Shown piece after piece: positions 38,361 to 50,650 of a DNA stretch of 64,000 nucleotides. The notes under the pieces are model-generated. The model ran no database searches. It was not told where the DNA came from and saw only the letters and a program-made list of their open reading frames with translations. The stretch's first letter is position 1; every line of letters begins with the position of its first letter. This DNA is from Mobula hypostoma (lineage: Eukaryota): positions 11,036,001 to 11,100,000 of the forward strand of contig NC_086108.1 of the NCBI RefSeq assembly GCF_963921235.1, given 5' to 3'. The position numbers and the translations under genes were made by a program.

Positions 38361-40066
38361 AGAGGTTAAAAGTACTTTTGCAGTGAGTGAGTATTTGAGG
38401 ACGCTTACTGGTATGCAGGGGAGAATGTAACCAGGTGACCGCTGAATACCATTTTTTATTGTTCAAGTGCACTTACGTATTCGCCTTGGTAATGCTGAAA
38501 TAGCTGGCTGTGCCTTTAAGAGAAAACGGTGATGCCATTTTGCATGGGTGGAGTAGAACGAAGAGATGCCGTGTTCAAGAAAGGACGACGTTCGAATGCT
38601 TTTCCCAGGTTTGGTTAGGAAAGGTAAATAATATCAGATAATATCCATGTAAATTCATTTATACTTGTTTGTAAATCTAGAATATCAGTAATTTGATGTG
38701 TTTTACATGTAGATGCTTTAGATTTTCATGAGTAAATTGATCAACACTGGATAGCGTGATTGCGAAGTTCCTTAATTTGCCCACAAGGTTAGTATTTTTA
38801 GTAATTCAACTACAAGGCAATATATTGTAAAAGTTTATTTGTCTTTCTTTATTGTTTCATGACTGAATGTGAATGTGTTAATCTCGGTTCACGTAGCGTG
38901 AGCGAGAAGAACTCATTTCAGGGTCTAGCCAACATGTGTTTGGAAGTTAAGCACGTGTGTGCCAAATATGAGTATATCTCTTAGTTGAGATGAGATGTAT
39001 TTATTCATATTTTCGATGTTGTGTATAAGGTACAAGGTTGGTGGGATTCTAACTTTGTTTGTATTGTTTTTTCAGTTTTGCCACTACCATATCGGTTTTG
39101 TATATTGTGTTTTAGTTATTTTCATACTGCATACGTAACAAGGGTGTGGTCTGAAGTTAAACAGAGGTTGTAATAGCGGGAACTGTTTTTTAAAAATTTA
39201 TTTTGTCGTTTTTATTTTGATACCCTCTTTCTGCAATAAAACATCTGAAACAGATAAATGAATTTAAGACCCGAAAAAGTATTTGTTGTCCTGTGTGTGT
39301 ATTTTTCCCCAGGCTACATAAAGTAAAGTTGAGGTAAAGGGGAAAAGGGTGTTGTGTGGTTTGGTAGAGCTGGCTGCAGAATGGGGGACAGAGACTGTAC
39401 GTAGGAGAGACCTTGTCTTTAAGCAGCCCCCAGTGGATGCTGGCAACGGAAAAGTAATTGCAGATATGATGTCCCAGGGAACTGCAACACTGTTGCAAGA
39501 GAAAACACAGGCCAGGAAATGTACAAGGCAGAGTAGGTGACAGAAGCTTCTGAGATACTGAAACCACCCTGTCTGGCACCAACAATCACTACACAGTCAA
39601 AGTCACTCAGATCACATTTCTTCCCCATTCGGTCTGAACAGCAACTGAACCTCCTCAAATTCCCAATGAAGTAGAGTCTCAGCCATTCAGCCATGCCTCC
39701 TAGTGATTGCATTGATGTGTTGGTCGCAAGATATTGAGGCCCAGGAACTTGGAGCTGCTCACTCCTTCCACTACTGACGCCTCGATGAGGACTAGTGTGT
39801 GTTCTCCTGATTTCCCTACAATCAGTTCTTTGGTCTAACTGACATTGAGTGTGAAGCGGTCATTGTAACAGCACTCAACTAACTTACCTTTCTCACTCCT
39901 ATTTTCCTCATCATCACTGTCTGAACAGTGGTTGTCTAGGCACAGGTGATAGGTGTAAGAGAGAGCAGAGTAGCAGGCTAAGCACACATTCCTGAGGTGC
40001 ACTTGTGCTGATTGTCAGGGAGAAAGAAGGGTTAATACTGATTTGCAATGACTGTGATCAGTCCAT

Positions 40067-40415
40067 AAGACCATAAGGTATAGGAGCAGAATTAGGGCAT
40101 TTGGCCCATCGAGTCTACACTGCCATTTTATCATGGCTGATCCATTTCCCTCTCAGTCACAATCTCCTGCCTTCCCTCCTTTACCCTTCATGCCCTGACA
40201 AACCAAGAATCTATCAACCTCTGCCTTAAATATACCCAATGACTTGACCTCCACAGTCACCTGTGGCACCAAAGTCCATAGATTCACCACTCTCTGGCAA
40301 AAGAAAGTCTTCCTCATCTCCATCCTAAAAGGAATTCCCTCTATTCTGAGGCTGTGTCCTCTGGTCTTAGACTCCCCCACCATAGAAATCATCCACTCTA
40401 TCAAGGCCTTTCAAC
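40067..40415 (-). mobile_element. CR1 3' fragment
   Basis: VGESKTRGHSLRIEG..FFCQRVVNLW. Confidence 0.8.
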
Positions 40416-40549
40416 AATCGCCCCTCAGACTGCACACACATCCTTGAAGTGTGCTTGTGTTGATTGTCAGTGAGAATGTGGTGTCATTACTGATCTGCAC
40501 TGACTGCACTTTTATCGATGCGGAAGTTGAGGATTTTTATTTTGAAACT

Positions 40550-41080
40550 AAAGACAAGAAATTCTGCAAATTCTGGAAATCCAGAGCAATACATGCAAAA
40601 TGCTGGAGGAACTCAGTAGGACGGTTAGCATCTATGGAAAGGAATTGTTTTGGGATGAGATCCTTCTTCAGGACTGGAAAGGAAGGGGGAAGAAGCCAGA
40701 ATAAGGAGGAGGCGAAGAGGAAGGAGAACAAGATGGCAGGTGATAGGTGATACCAGATGTGGGGGAAAGTGGGTGGTGGGAGAGGGGATGCAGTGAGAGG
40801 CTGGGAGGAGGTAGGTGGAAGAGGTGCAGGGCTGAAGGAGGAATCTGATAGGAGAGGAGAGAGGACCAAAGGAGAAAGGGAAGAAGGAGGTGATGGCTAG
40901 ATGAGGAGATAAGAAGGGGTAAGGGGGGAACCAGATCAGAGATCGGAAAAAGAGAGGAGGAGGAAAGGGAGAGAAATCACTGGGAAGTTAGAGAAATCAA
41001 TGTTGATGCCGTCAAGTTGGAGGTTTACAGGTAGAATAAGATCTTGCTCCAAATTCTGGTGTCTGCAGTCTCTGAGTCCC
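40550..41080 (-). mobile_element. Degenerate PLE 3' fragment
   Basis: PLE tail, purine-rich pLTR, end of the GIY-YIG region. Confidence 0.65.
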
Positions 41081-41277
41081 CAGCACTCTACTGCAGTCTG
41101 ATGTTACCGAAGGGATGCAAACCTTCGGGAAGGGCTTCTCAGAGCTCTGAAACTTCTTATCATGTGATGTGCTTATTTTCTGCCGAAATGGGCATTTCTC
41201 CGCATTACACACTCAGTGGCCTTTTTATTAGGCACACCTGTACACCTGCTCATTAAAGCAAATATCTGATCAGCCAA

Positions 41278-42090
41278 CACACATCAAAGTTGCTGGTGAA
41301 CGCAGCAGGCCAGGCAGCATCTCTAGGAAGAGGGGGCACGGTCAATGTTTCGGGCCGAGACCCTTCGTCAGGACTAACAGAAGGAAGAGCTAGTAAGGGA
41401 TTTGAAAGTGGGAGGGGAAGGGGGAGATCCAAAATGATAGGAGAAGACAGGAGGGGGAGGGATGGAGCCAAGAGTTGGACAGGTGATTGGCAAAAGGGAT
41501 ATGAGAGGATCATGGGACAGGAGGCCCAGGGAGAAAGAAAAGGGGGAGGGGGAAGCCCAGAGGATGGGCAAGGGGTATAGTGAGAGGGACTAAGGGAGAA
41601 AAAGGAGAGAGAGGAAAAGAATGTGTGTGTATAAATAAATAAATAACGGATGGGGTATGAGGGGTTGTTGGGGCATTAGCGGAAGTTTGAGGAGTCAATG
41701 TTCATGCCATCAGGTTGGAGGCTACCCAGACGGAATATAAGGTGTTGTTCCTCCAACCTGAGTGTGGCCCTCTGTCCCTCTCACTATACCCCTTGCCCAT
41801 CCTTTGGGATTTTCCCCTCCTCCCCCTTTTCTTTCTTCCTGGGCCTCCTGTCCCATGATCCTCTCATATCCCTTTTGCCAATCAACTGTCCAGCTCTTGA
41901 CTCCATCCCTTCCCTCCCACCTTCAAATCTTTTACTAGCTCTTGTTTCAGTTAGTCCTGACGAAGGGTCTTGGCCCGAAACGTCGACTGTACCTCTTTCT
42001 AGAGGTGCTGCCTGGCCTGCTGTGTTCACCAGCAACTTTGCTGTGTGTTAGCTTGAATTTCCAGCATCTGCAGATTTCCTCGTGTTTGCG
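41278..42090. mobile_element. PLE insertion made of two inverted pLTR arms
   Basis: Minus arm 41278-~41767, plus arm ~41768-42090; imperfect TSD TATCT(G/A)ATCAG(C/T)CAA at 41263-41277 and 42091-42105. Confidence 0.85.
41953..41988 (+). ncRNA. Minimal type I hammerhead ribozyme motif in a PLE pLTR
   Basis: AGTC-CTGACGA-A-GGG(TCTTGG)CCC-GAAA-CGTC-GACT: CUGANGA and GAAA cores, stems I and II, palindromic ACGU stem III, GUC cleavage triplet. Confidence 0.75.
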
Positions 42091-43085
42091 TATCTAATCA
42101 GTCAATCATGTGTCAATGACTCAATGTATGAAAGCATGCAGACATGGTCAAGAGGTTCAGTTATTGTTCAGACCAAACATCAAAATGAGGTAGAAACGTG
42201 ATCTATGTGATTTGATCATGGAATGATTGTTGGTGCCAGACGGGGTGGTTTGAGTATCTCAGAAACTGCCGATCTCCTGGGATTTCCATGCACAACAGTC
42301 TCTAGAGTTTACCGAGAATGGTGCAAAAAACAGAAAAACATCCAGTGAGCTGCAGTTGTGTGGGTGAAAACACCTTGTTAGTGAGAGAGGCCAGACTGGT
42401 TCAAGCTGACAGGAAGGCAACGGTAACTCAGATAATGATGTGACACAGCAGTGGTGTGCAGAAGAGCAACTCTAAATGCAGAGCAGGTGAAACCTTGAAG
42501 AGGATGGACAAAGGCAGCAGAAGACCATACTGGGTTTTGTTACTCTACCTAATAAAGTCTAATTCACTGATGTTCTCCCACTCCCTTACACTCTCTGCAA
42601 CTCCCTTACAGAATTAACAATCTGCTGGGGGAACTCAGTGGTTCAGGTACCATCTTCAGAGGGAGATGTACAGCTGATGTTTTGAGCTGAGAGCAAATTT
42701 GTCCACAGATGGTGTCTGACCCATTGAGTTCTTCCTGCAGTTGGTTTTTGCAGATGATTGCTGATTTTCAGGTGACACCAGACCCTGTGTTCCCTGCTAC
42801 CACACCAGCCCAGGGGCCAACGAGAGATATTGGGAACATTTCAGACACTCTGCGGAACACATCCGGGAAAAGTGGCTCCATTTCAGGTCAGACCATACCT
42901 GACTTTGTTCAGCCTTTCACCCAGCTAGGTTTCCCAGCCTACATGTTAATGGCAGGGGCTGTAAGATTAGATTAATCACCGTTCACTTGGTTGGGGATCC
43001 AATTGGAAAGCAGGGCTGGATGAAGCTTGCTTTCTTAGCCAGCAGCAAGAGCTTTTCAGGTTTAAAGTTCAAAGTAGATTTATTA

Positions 43086-43819
43086 CACTGGACTTTGTTT
43101 TTTGCTTATGACAGATCACCTGAAGTTGAACACAAATAGAATTTCAGACTACTTGTATCACGTAAGAATTTGGAGAAACAAGAAATGAGCTTTTATTGAA
43201 TATAGTGTGTTTAATTGCATAATGGTGCTGATGCTTTGCAATATTTCAACCAAGCTGAAAGTGTTTTGTTGATGATTGCCATTTGTACTCGATGTCTGGG
43301 GCTTCTCGTTTAAGTGTCCCAAGAATAATCAGCCAGCATTGATGGATTCCAGTTGCCCTGATACCATTTCTCAATGACTGCAATGTCCTGGTGAAATCAT
43401 TCACTGTGCTCGTCACTGACAGTGCCAAGATTTGCAGGGAAGTCTAAATGGGAATGCAGAAAATGAATCTTCAGTGACATGTCGCACTTCATGGTTTTCT
43501 GTGCTTGAAGCATATTGTTAACCAGTTTCACTTTGTTTGATGCTCTGTAGTTGCCAAGAAAAATTTCTACACCCCTGAATGCCTTCCATGTGATTTTCTC
43601 TGGTCCCACTAGATATTCTTTGAATTGCCTGTCATTGATAATCTGTTTGATTTGTGGACCACAAAAATGCCTGCCTTAATCTTGGCATCAGTTATTTAGA
43701 CATCAATCATGAATTGATATAGGTGATTTCAAAAAAATTGTGTGTGGTAGGGAAATTCCACGGTGATTTTCATGATCGGGAGCGCCAAGTCCATAAGATA
43801 CACCCAGTGTTGTCCATTG
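43086..43819 (-). mobile_element. Internally deleted Chapaev3-like (CMC) DNA transposon
   Basis: MSLKIHFLHSHLDFPANLGTVSDEHSE transposase motif; termini CACTGGAC...GTCCATTG; flanks TTA/TTC. Confidence 0.6.
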
Positions 43820-45724
43820 TTCTCAAAGTACATGTATGTCACCATATACAACCCTGAGATTCACTTTCTTGCGGGCATACTCAGCAAATCTATTAAAGAA
43901 TCAGTGAAAGACCGCACCAACTTGGGTGTTTAACTAAAGTGCAGAAGACAACAAACTGTGCAAATACAAAAAGCAATAAATATTGAGAATGTGAGATGAA
44001 GGCCTTGAAAGTGAGTCGATCAAGATTTAATAATGTCAATGAGAGGTGCTCATTCAATGCCACTCTGCTGAGTGCTAATTTGCTTTCTCACTCTCCCAAA
44101 GTCTACACAAAGCTGCACTTGATCTTATTTTGACCTGCAGTTTTCATTAAAAGATAATACAAATGTTTGTATTTTCCCAGGGTGCTTTATGGCCTGGAAA
44201 TCATTCAGTGAATGTGGTGAGGTGAGTGTGTGAAGTTAGAGCTGGTCAGGGAGCTAGTCTGGGAGATTCAGACTCAGATCTGTGGCTTTGACCTTTCTAC
44301 GTCAGCTTGCCTCAAAGTTCAGAGTTCAAAGTAAATTTACTGTTGCCATATTCAGCCCAGAGATTCATTTTCTTGCAGGTATTTACAGGAAGAAAAAGAA
44401 ATACAATAACATTTTGCAAAAAGGATATGTTGACATTGGAGAAGGTTCAAAGGAGATTCAGGAAAATAATTCTGGGATTGAAAGGTTTGTCACATGATGA
44501 TTGTTTGGTGGCTCTGGGCCTGTACTCACTGGAATTCAGAAGAATGGTGGGGGTGACCTTATTCAGACCTCTTGAACGTTGAAAGGCCTCGATAGAGTGG
44601 ATATGGAGAGAACTTCTCCTATTATGGGCATAGGAAACACCAAAAGGTGGAGCAGACCCAATGGGTCAAGTGGTCTAACTCTGCCCTTATGTCTTAGGTG
44701 TTATTGTTTCTATATCTCCTACCTAATGTTAGTAGCCTGGGTGGTGGGATCCTCGATGATGAATGTGTTCCTTGTGGCAACGTCTCTGTATAGATGTGCT
44801 CAATGGTGGGGAAGACTCTGCCTGAGATGAACTGGGCTATGTCCACCACTTTCTGCAGACTTTTCCATTCCTGGGCATTGGTATTTCCATACCATGTTGT
44901 GAAGCAACAGTTAGGATACTCTCCACAACAGCCTATGGAAGTTTAAAGTGTACAGAAGTCCAGAAGTATAAAAATATAGAACCCTTCTAAGCTAATCCCA
45001 GCCTGTCTCAGGGTAAATAGACCAATTTGGTTATGTCAGATATAGGAGCAGACTAGCCCAGAGGGAAACAGATTGTCCTCTTACCCCTGACGGCTTTTCC
45101 AAACCCATGGTCTACTGTTGGTCAGCACTCTACAGAGATCACAAAATCTGCTGCCTACAAATGGCAGGAGGAGGTTGTTTGAGGGAGGGGTGAGGACCCA
45201 GTCACTGTGTTTAGGAAGCTAATGTGGGGGCAGTTTGTACAGAATGAGGGGACACTTCACTCGATCATTGAATAGAACCTTTCCTACCTCCTGGTCTCAC
45301 CTGTCACCTGCACGTACTCATTCCTTTCCAGTCCTGGTCAAGAGTCTCATCCCAAAGCACTTTTGCTTTATCTTATAGTAACTGCTACATTTTGTTAACA
45401 AAAATATAGTTATACCAAATGAACACCATCTACGGTAAAGGATTGGCTCAGACCTGTTGGCAAAATTGGAATCGGAACACTGAGAAGCTTGCAGCAGCAA
45501 GTAACGACCTTTTGTTGATTTGTGCTGTTTATTTGCGGTTTGAACCACATTTGGATTCATCAGCGCTGCCCATATGGTGGTTTGATGATGGTGGTGTTTG
45601 CCTAAGGGTTTGTCGCTTTGTTCTATTGAAGTGCTGAAACATTCCGGTGGCCGACAGTTGAATTGAGTGTTTGGTCCAGTTTAAGTGCTGCATATGTCCG
45701 GATGGTCCGTTGGTTACATTTATT

Positions 45725-47597
45725 ATCATCATCTGTCTATACTGATGGCAGTTAGGGCAGCAATGAACGTCCTCCATCTCTGGTGATGTTCAGGGATTCC
45801 TTCATCATGTCAGTAGCTTCCTCTCGGTTTTCACTACTGTCAGTCTTGCAAGTCCCAGGTGGAGACTCTGGAATACCATTGTACTCAGATGTAGAACGAT
45901 TCTTCGTAAACAACACACATCAAAGTTGCTGGTGAACGCAGCAGGCCAGGCAGCATCTCTAGGAAGAGGTACAGTCGATGTTTCAGGCCGAGACCCTTCG
46001 TCAGGACTAACTGAAGGAAGAGTTAGTAAGAGATTTTAAAGTGGGAGGGGGAGATCCAAAATGATAGGAGATGACAGGAGGGAGCCAAGAGCTGGACAGG
46101 TGATTGGCAAAAGGGATACGAGAGGATCATGGGACTGGAGGTCTGGGAAGAAAGACAAGGGTGGGGGAAACCCAGAGGATGGGCAAGGCGTATAGTCAGA
46201 GGGACAGAGGGAGAAAAAGGAGAGTGAGAGAAGGAGAGTGAGAGAAAGAGTGTGTGTCTAAAAATATTAACGGATGGGGTACGAGGGGGAAGGTGGGGCA
46301 TTAGCGGAAGTTAGAGAAGTCGATGTTCATGCCATCAGGTTGGAGGCTACCCAGACGGAATATAAGGTGTTGTTCCTCCAACCTGAGTGTGGCTTCATCT
46401 TTACAGTAGAGGAGGCCGTGGATAGACATGTCAGAATGGGAATGGGATGTGGAATTAAAATGTGTGGCCACTGGGAGATCCTGCTTTCTCTGGCGGACAG
46501 AGTGTAGGTGTTCAGCAAAGCGGTCTCCCAGTCTGCGTCGGGTCTCGCCAATATATAGAAGGCCACATCGGGAGCACTGGACGCAGTCTATCACCCCAGC
46601 CGACTCACAGGTGAAGTGTTGCCTCACCTGGAAGGACTGTTTGGGGCCCTGAATGGTGGTAAGGGAGGAAGTGTAAGGGCATGTGTAGCACTTGTTCCGC
46701 TTACACGGATAAGTGCCAGGAGGGAGATCAGTGGGGAGGGATGGGGGGGGATATAAATGGACAAGGGAGTCGCGTAGGGAGCGATCCCTGCGGACAGCAG
46801 AGAGGTGGGGGAGGGAAAGATGTGCTTAGTGGTGGGATCCCGTTGGAGGTGGCGGAAGTTATGGAGAGTAATATGTTGGACCCGGAGGCTGGTGGGGTGG
46901 TAGGTGAGGACCAGGGGAACCCTATTCCTAGTGGGTGGCGGGAGGATGGAGTGAGAGCAGATGTGTGTGAAATGGAGGAGATGCGTTTGAGAGCAGAGTT
47001 GATAGTGGAGGAAGGGAAGCCCCTTTCTTTAAAAAAGGAGGACATCTCCCTCATCCTGGAATGAAAAGCCTCATCCTGAGAGCAGATGCAGCAGAGACGG
47101 AGGAATTGCGAGAAGGAGCTGGCATTTTTGCAAGAGACAGGGTGAGAAGAGGAATAGTCCAGATAGCTGTGAGAGTCAGTGGGCTTATAGTAGACATCAG
47201 TGGATAAGCTGTCTCCAGAGACAGAGACAGAAAGATCTAGAAAGGGGAGGGGGGTGTCGGAAATGGACCAGGTAAACTTGAGGGCAGGATGAAAGTTGGA
47301 GGCAATGTTAATAAATTCAACGAGCTCAGCATGCGTGCAGGAAGCAGCGCCAATGCAGATTCTTTGTTGCTGTTTCCAGAACAATTTTGGGTTGTTAGCC
47401 CTGAATTGAACCCCCGAACCTGGAGGATCATTGAACCACTCTTAGTCTGGCCTCTACCGTTTGATCTATTTGGCATGGGTGACTCGACCATGATCCAAAG
47501 GATAAAACCTTGACTCCAGCCAACGTAGCTCTCTGGGTCATTGAGGCACACAAGCCTCCAAACCCTATGACAAGGCTGTGGACCTCTTGGAGGTGAC
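45725..47597 (-). mobile_element. Non-autonomous RTE-derived element split by a PLE; related 5' copy at 63912-64000
   Basis: TSD TAC(A/G)TTTATT at 45715-45724 and 47598-47607; (GAT)n tail; RTE-like 5' region. Confidence 0.65.
45908..47357 (-). mobile_element. 5'-truncated Penelope-like element (RT C-terminus, GIY-YIG endonuclease, pLTR)
   Basis: FHPALKFTW, YYKPTDSHSYL, CSRCGLLYIGETRRRLGDRFAEH; TSD GATTCTT(C/T)GT at 45898-45907 and 47358-47367. Confidence 0.92.
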
Positions 47598-48043
47598 TAC
47601 GTTTATTGAATTGGAATATTGCCAGTGCGACAGATGAACAATGAATTAACTGCAAGTGGTGCAGCTAGAAAAAGTAACCTGAGTAGAACTGACGTCATTG
47701 ACCTTGAAGTTGGGACAAAAAGAGAAACTAAACTTACACCGAAAGCTTTAGCGATTAGAATCAAAAGTTTTCAAAAGAAATGTAAGAAAATTGTGAGCAA
47801 AGTTAAAGATTTAATATCATCAATTAAAGATCTTATGTGAGATAAAGAAAATATCATACAAGTGCAGTCTTATCTTTAAGACTTGAGTAGTTTCCGTGAG
47901 TCTGTTGCTGAACAGCACCATGTGTTGCTGACTTTAATTTCAGGGTCACAGCAAGGTAAACAAACTGCAAGTTTTGTAGATATTGAAAACCTTAGAAGTG
48001 AAATCATAGAGGATGCTGAACAATGGCTGAAGCAAGCATATAA

Positions 48044-48570
48044 GGCCGGAGGAGAAGATGGCGACGCAACGCAACGTGTGTAGCCTCTCCCGTCACTGCC
48101 GCTGTTACTGTGCGATTGAGAATCTCTGGAGGGAAGGCCCCAAAATCCTTGGCTTTGCCTGCTACTGGCAGCCGGGGCTGGAGTCGAAGCGTTCGGCAGA
48201 GATGGTGCTCAGTGCTCGATGTTGGAGGGCTGGACAGAGCTCGAAGTTTTCGGGCGACTCAGTGTCGGACTGTGGTCGGGTATGGCAGGGAGAGTTTTCT
48301 TCCTTCTCCCATCTTCGTGAGATGTGAGACTTTCGAGAGACTTTGAACTTTTTACCGTGTTAATGGCCTGATCTTCATCAAGTTATGGTATTGCCTGCAT
48401 TGTTGTAACTATATGTTATAATTATGTGGTTTTTGTCAGTTTTTCAGTCTTGGTCTGTCTTGTGTTTCTGTGATATCACACCGGAGGAACATTGTATCAT
48501 TTCTTAATGCATGCATTACTAAATGACAATAAAAGAGGACTGCGTGTCCTCATAATCTAATCTAATCTAA
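48044..48570 (+). mobile_element. Non-autonomous retroposon with (TCTAA)n tail, inserted in BEL gag
   Basis: Matches 2897-3554 in inverted orientation. Confidence 0.75.
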
Positions 48571-50650
48571 TAATGTTGAAGGTCATGTGTTGAAACAAGT
48601 GAAACTACTTCTCAAGTTCAAAGGCATGTTTTAATGCCTGCATAAAGCTGAGGATCCACAACATGACGTACACCTGAGCAACAGTGTGTCAAATGTACAT
48701 GCACCAAGTTCTGCTGCAAAGACAGCAGCTTCTGTTCCTAAAACTCTCTCAGCATGCGTTAAAATGGAGGCTAATTTAGCTGCATTGATCTCACAGCAGT
48801 AATTATTGAAGGACAAACTTGCGCTGGAAGAGCAAGAGGAGCAGCTACAAAGAAGGAAGAAATTGCTGTACAGATGGCCAGTGTGAGGGGTGTACGAGTG
48901 CTCCAACAGGAGAGTCCTATGGTGTGAGTTTTTTTAATGATAAGAGAAAGCCCAACACATGCAATGTCACCGTTGAACTAATTTTTCCGCAAATGTCTGT
49001 GAAACGTAAGTTAGATCTCCAGGGGGTCGTTCAGGATGTTCACTCACAGTCTGCACTAAGGAAGCATTCTGAACCTATGTCATAGCCAACGGCTCAAGGT
49101 GCTCATGGGGGCATTCACTAATATTCTTGTTTAGATGATACTGTTGGAAAAATGAAGTAACAACCTTACTGGTAGAACAGCAATGCGTTGCATCTCTGCC
49201 TAAAAGGAAGATTCAAATTTTTGATGGCAATCCATTGCAATATCATGCATTCGTAAGGGCTTTTAAGAATAGTGTTGAAGGCAAGACTGACAACTATGGT
49301 GACTGGCTCTATTTCCTTGACTGGAGGGCACCCTAAAGAACTTGTCAGACGTTGCCAGCGTGTTGACCCTAAGGAAGGATACCTAAAGGCCAAGGCTTTA
49401 CTACAGGCAACACACACAAAATGCTGGTGGAACACAGCAGGCCAGGCAGCATCTATAGGAAGAGGTACAGTCGACGTTTCAGGTTGAGACCCTTTGTCAG
49501 GACTAACCGAAAGAAGAGATATTAAGAGATTTGAAAGTGGGAGGAGGAGGCGCTACTTCCTGCACGCATGCTGAGCTCGTTGACTTCATTAACTTTGTCT
49601 CCAACTTTCACCCTGCCCTCAAGTTTACCTGGTCCATTTCCGACACCTCCCTCCCCTTTCTTGATCTTTCTGTCTCTACCTCTGTAGACAGCTTATCTAC
49701 TAATATATACTATAAGCCTACGGACTGTCACAGCTACCTGGACTATTCCTCTTCCCACCCTATCTCTTGCAAAAATGCCATCCCCTTCTTGCAATTCCTT
49801 TGTCTCCGCCACATCTGCTCTCAGGATGAGGCTTTTCATTCCAGGACGAGGGAGATGTCTTCTTTTTTTAAAGAAAGGGGCTTCCCTTCCTCCACCATCA
49901 ACTCTGCTCTCAAACGCATCTCCTCCATTTCACACACATCTGCTGTCACTCCATCCTCCCGCCACCCCACTAGAAATAGGGTTCCCCTTGTCCTTACCTA
50001 CCACTCCACCAGCCTCCGGGTCCAACATATTATTCTCCGTAACTTCTGCCACCTCCAACAGGATCCCACCACTAAGCACATCTTTCCCTGCCCCCCCCCG
50101 CTTTCCACAGGGATCACTCCCTATGTGACTCCCTTGTCCATTCGTCCCCCCCATCCCTTCCCACCAATCTCCCTCCCAGCACTTACCCTTGTAAGTGGAA
50201 CAAGTGCTACACATGCCCTTACACTTCCTCCCTCACCACCAATCAGGGCCCCAGACAGTCCTTCCAGGTGAGGCAACACTTCACCTGTGAGTCGGCTGGG
50301 GTGATATACTGCGTCCAGTGCTCCCGATGTGGCCTTCTATATATTGGCGAGACCCGACGCAGACTGGGAGACCGCTTTGCTGAACACCTACGCTCTGTCC
50401 ACCAGAGAAAGCAGGATCTCCCAGTGGCCCATATTTTAATTCCACATCTCATTCCCATTCTGACATGTCTATCCACGGCCTCCTCTACTGTAAAGATGAA
50501 GCTACACTCAGGTTGGAGGAACAACACCTTATATTCCGTCTGGGTAGCCTCCAACCTGATGGCATGAACATTGACTTCTCTAATTTCCGTTAATACCCCT
50601 CCTCCCCTTCGTACCCCATCCATTATTCCCTTATTTATCTATTTATTTAT

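Larger units (their letters stand above)
26884..39318 (+). mobile_element. Gypsy A: full-length, decayed LTR retrotransposon (PNMA-like gag, PR, RT, RH, INT)
   Basis: LTRs 26884-27794 and 38426-39318 (TGTAACC...GGCTACA); TSD TAAA; LDTGSQV protease; FPLPRIDE RT; TDASS RNase H; HSDQGRNF integrase; PPT AGGGGAGAA at 38417-38425. Confidence 0.95.
25647..39542. mobile_element. Old Gmr1-like Gypsy (integrase upstream of RT); one LTR split by Gypsy A
   Basis: Plus-strand INT C-terminus (QEKVKTWYDR..DQVLVLLP) then RT (KQHPYRVN..YPLPHLEDC) at 25840-26690; LTR-like repeats at 25647-25800 and at 26804-26883 plus 39323-39542; minus-strand tRNA-Pro-like PBS at 26769-26786. Confidence 0.7.
41208..42560 (+). 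mobile_element. Tc1-like element (same family as 22724-23522) split by a PLE
   Basis: TACACTCAGTGGCC TIR; GMIVGARRGGLSISETADLLGF remnant at ~42220-42330. Confidence 0.8.
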
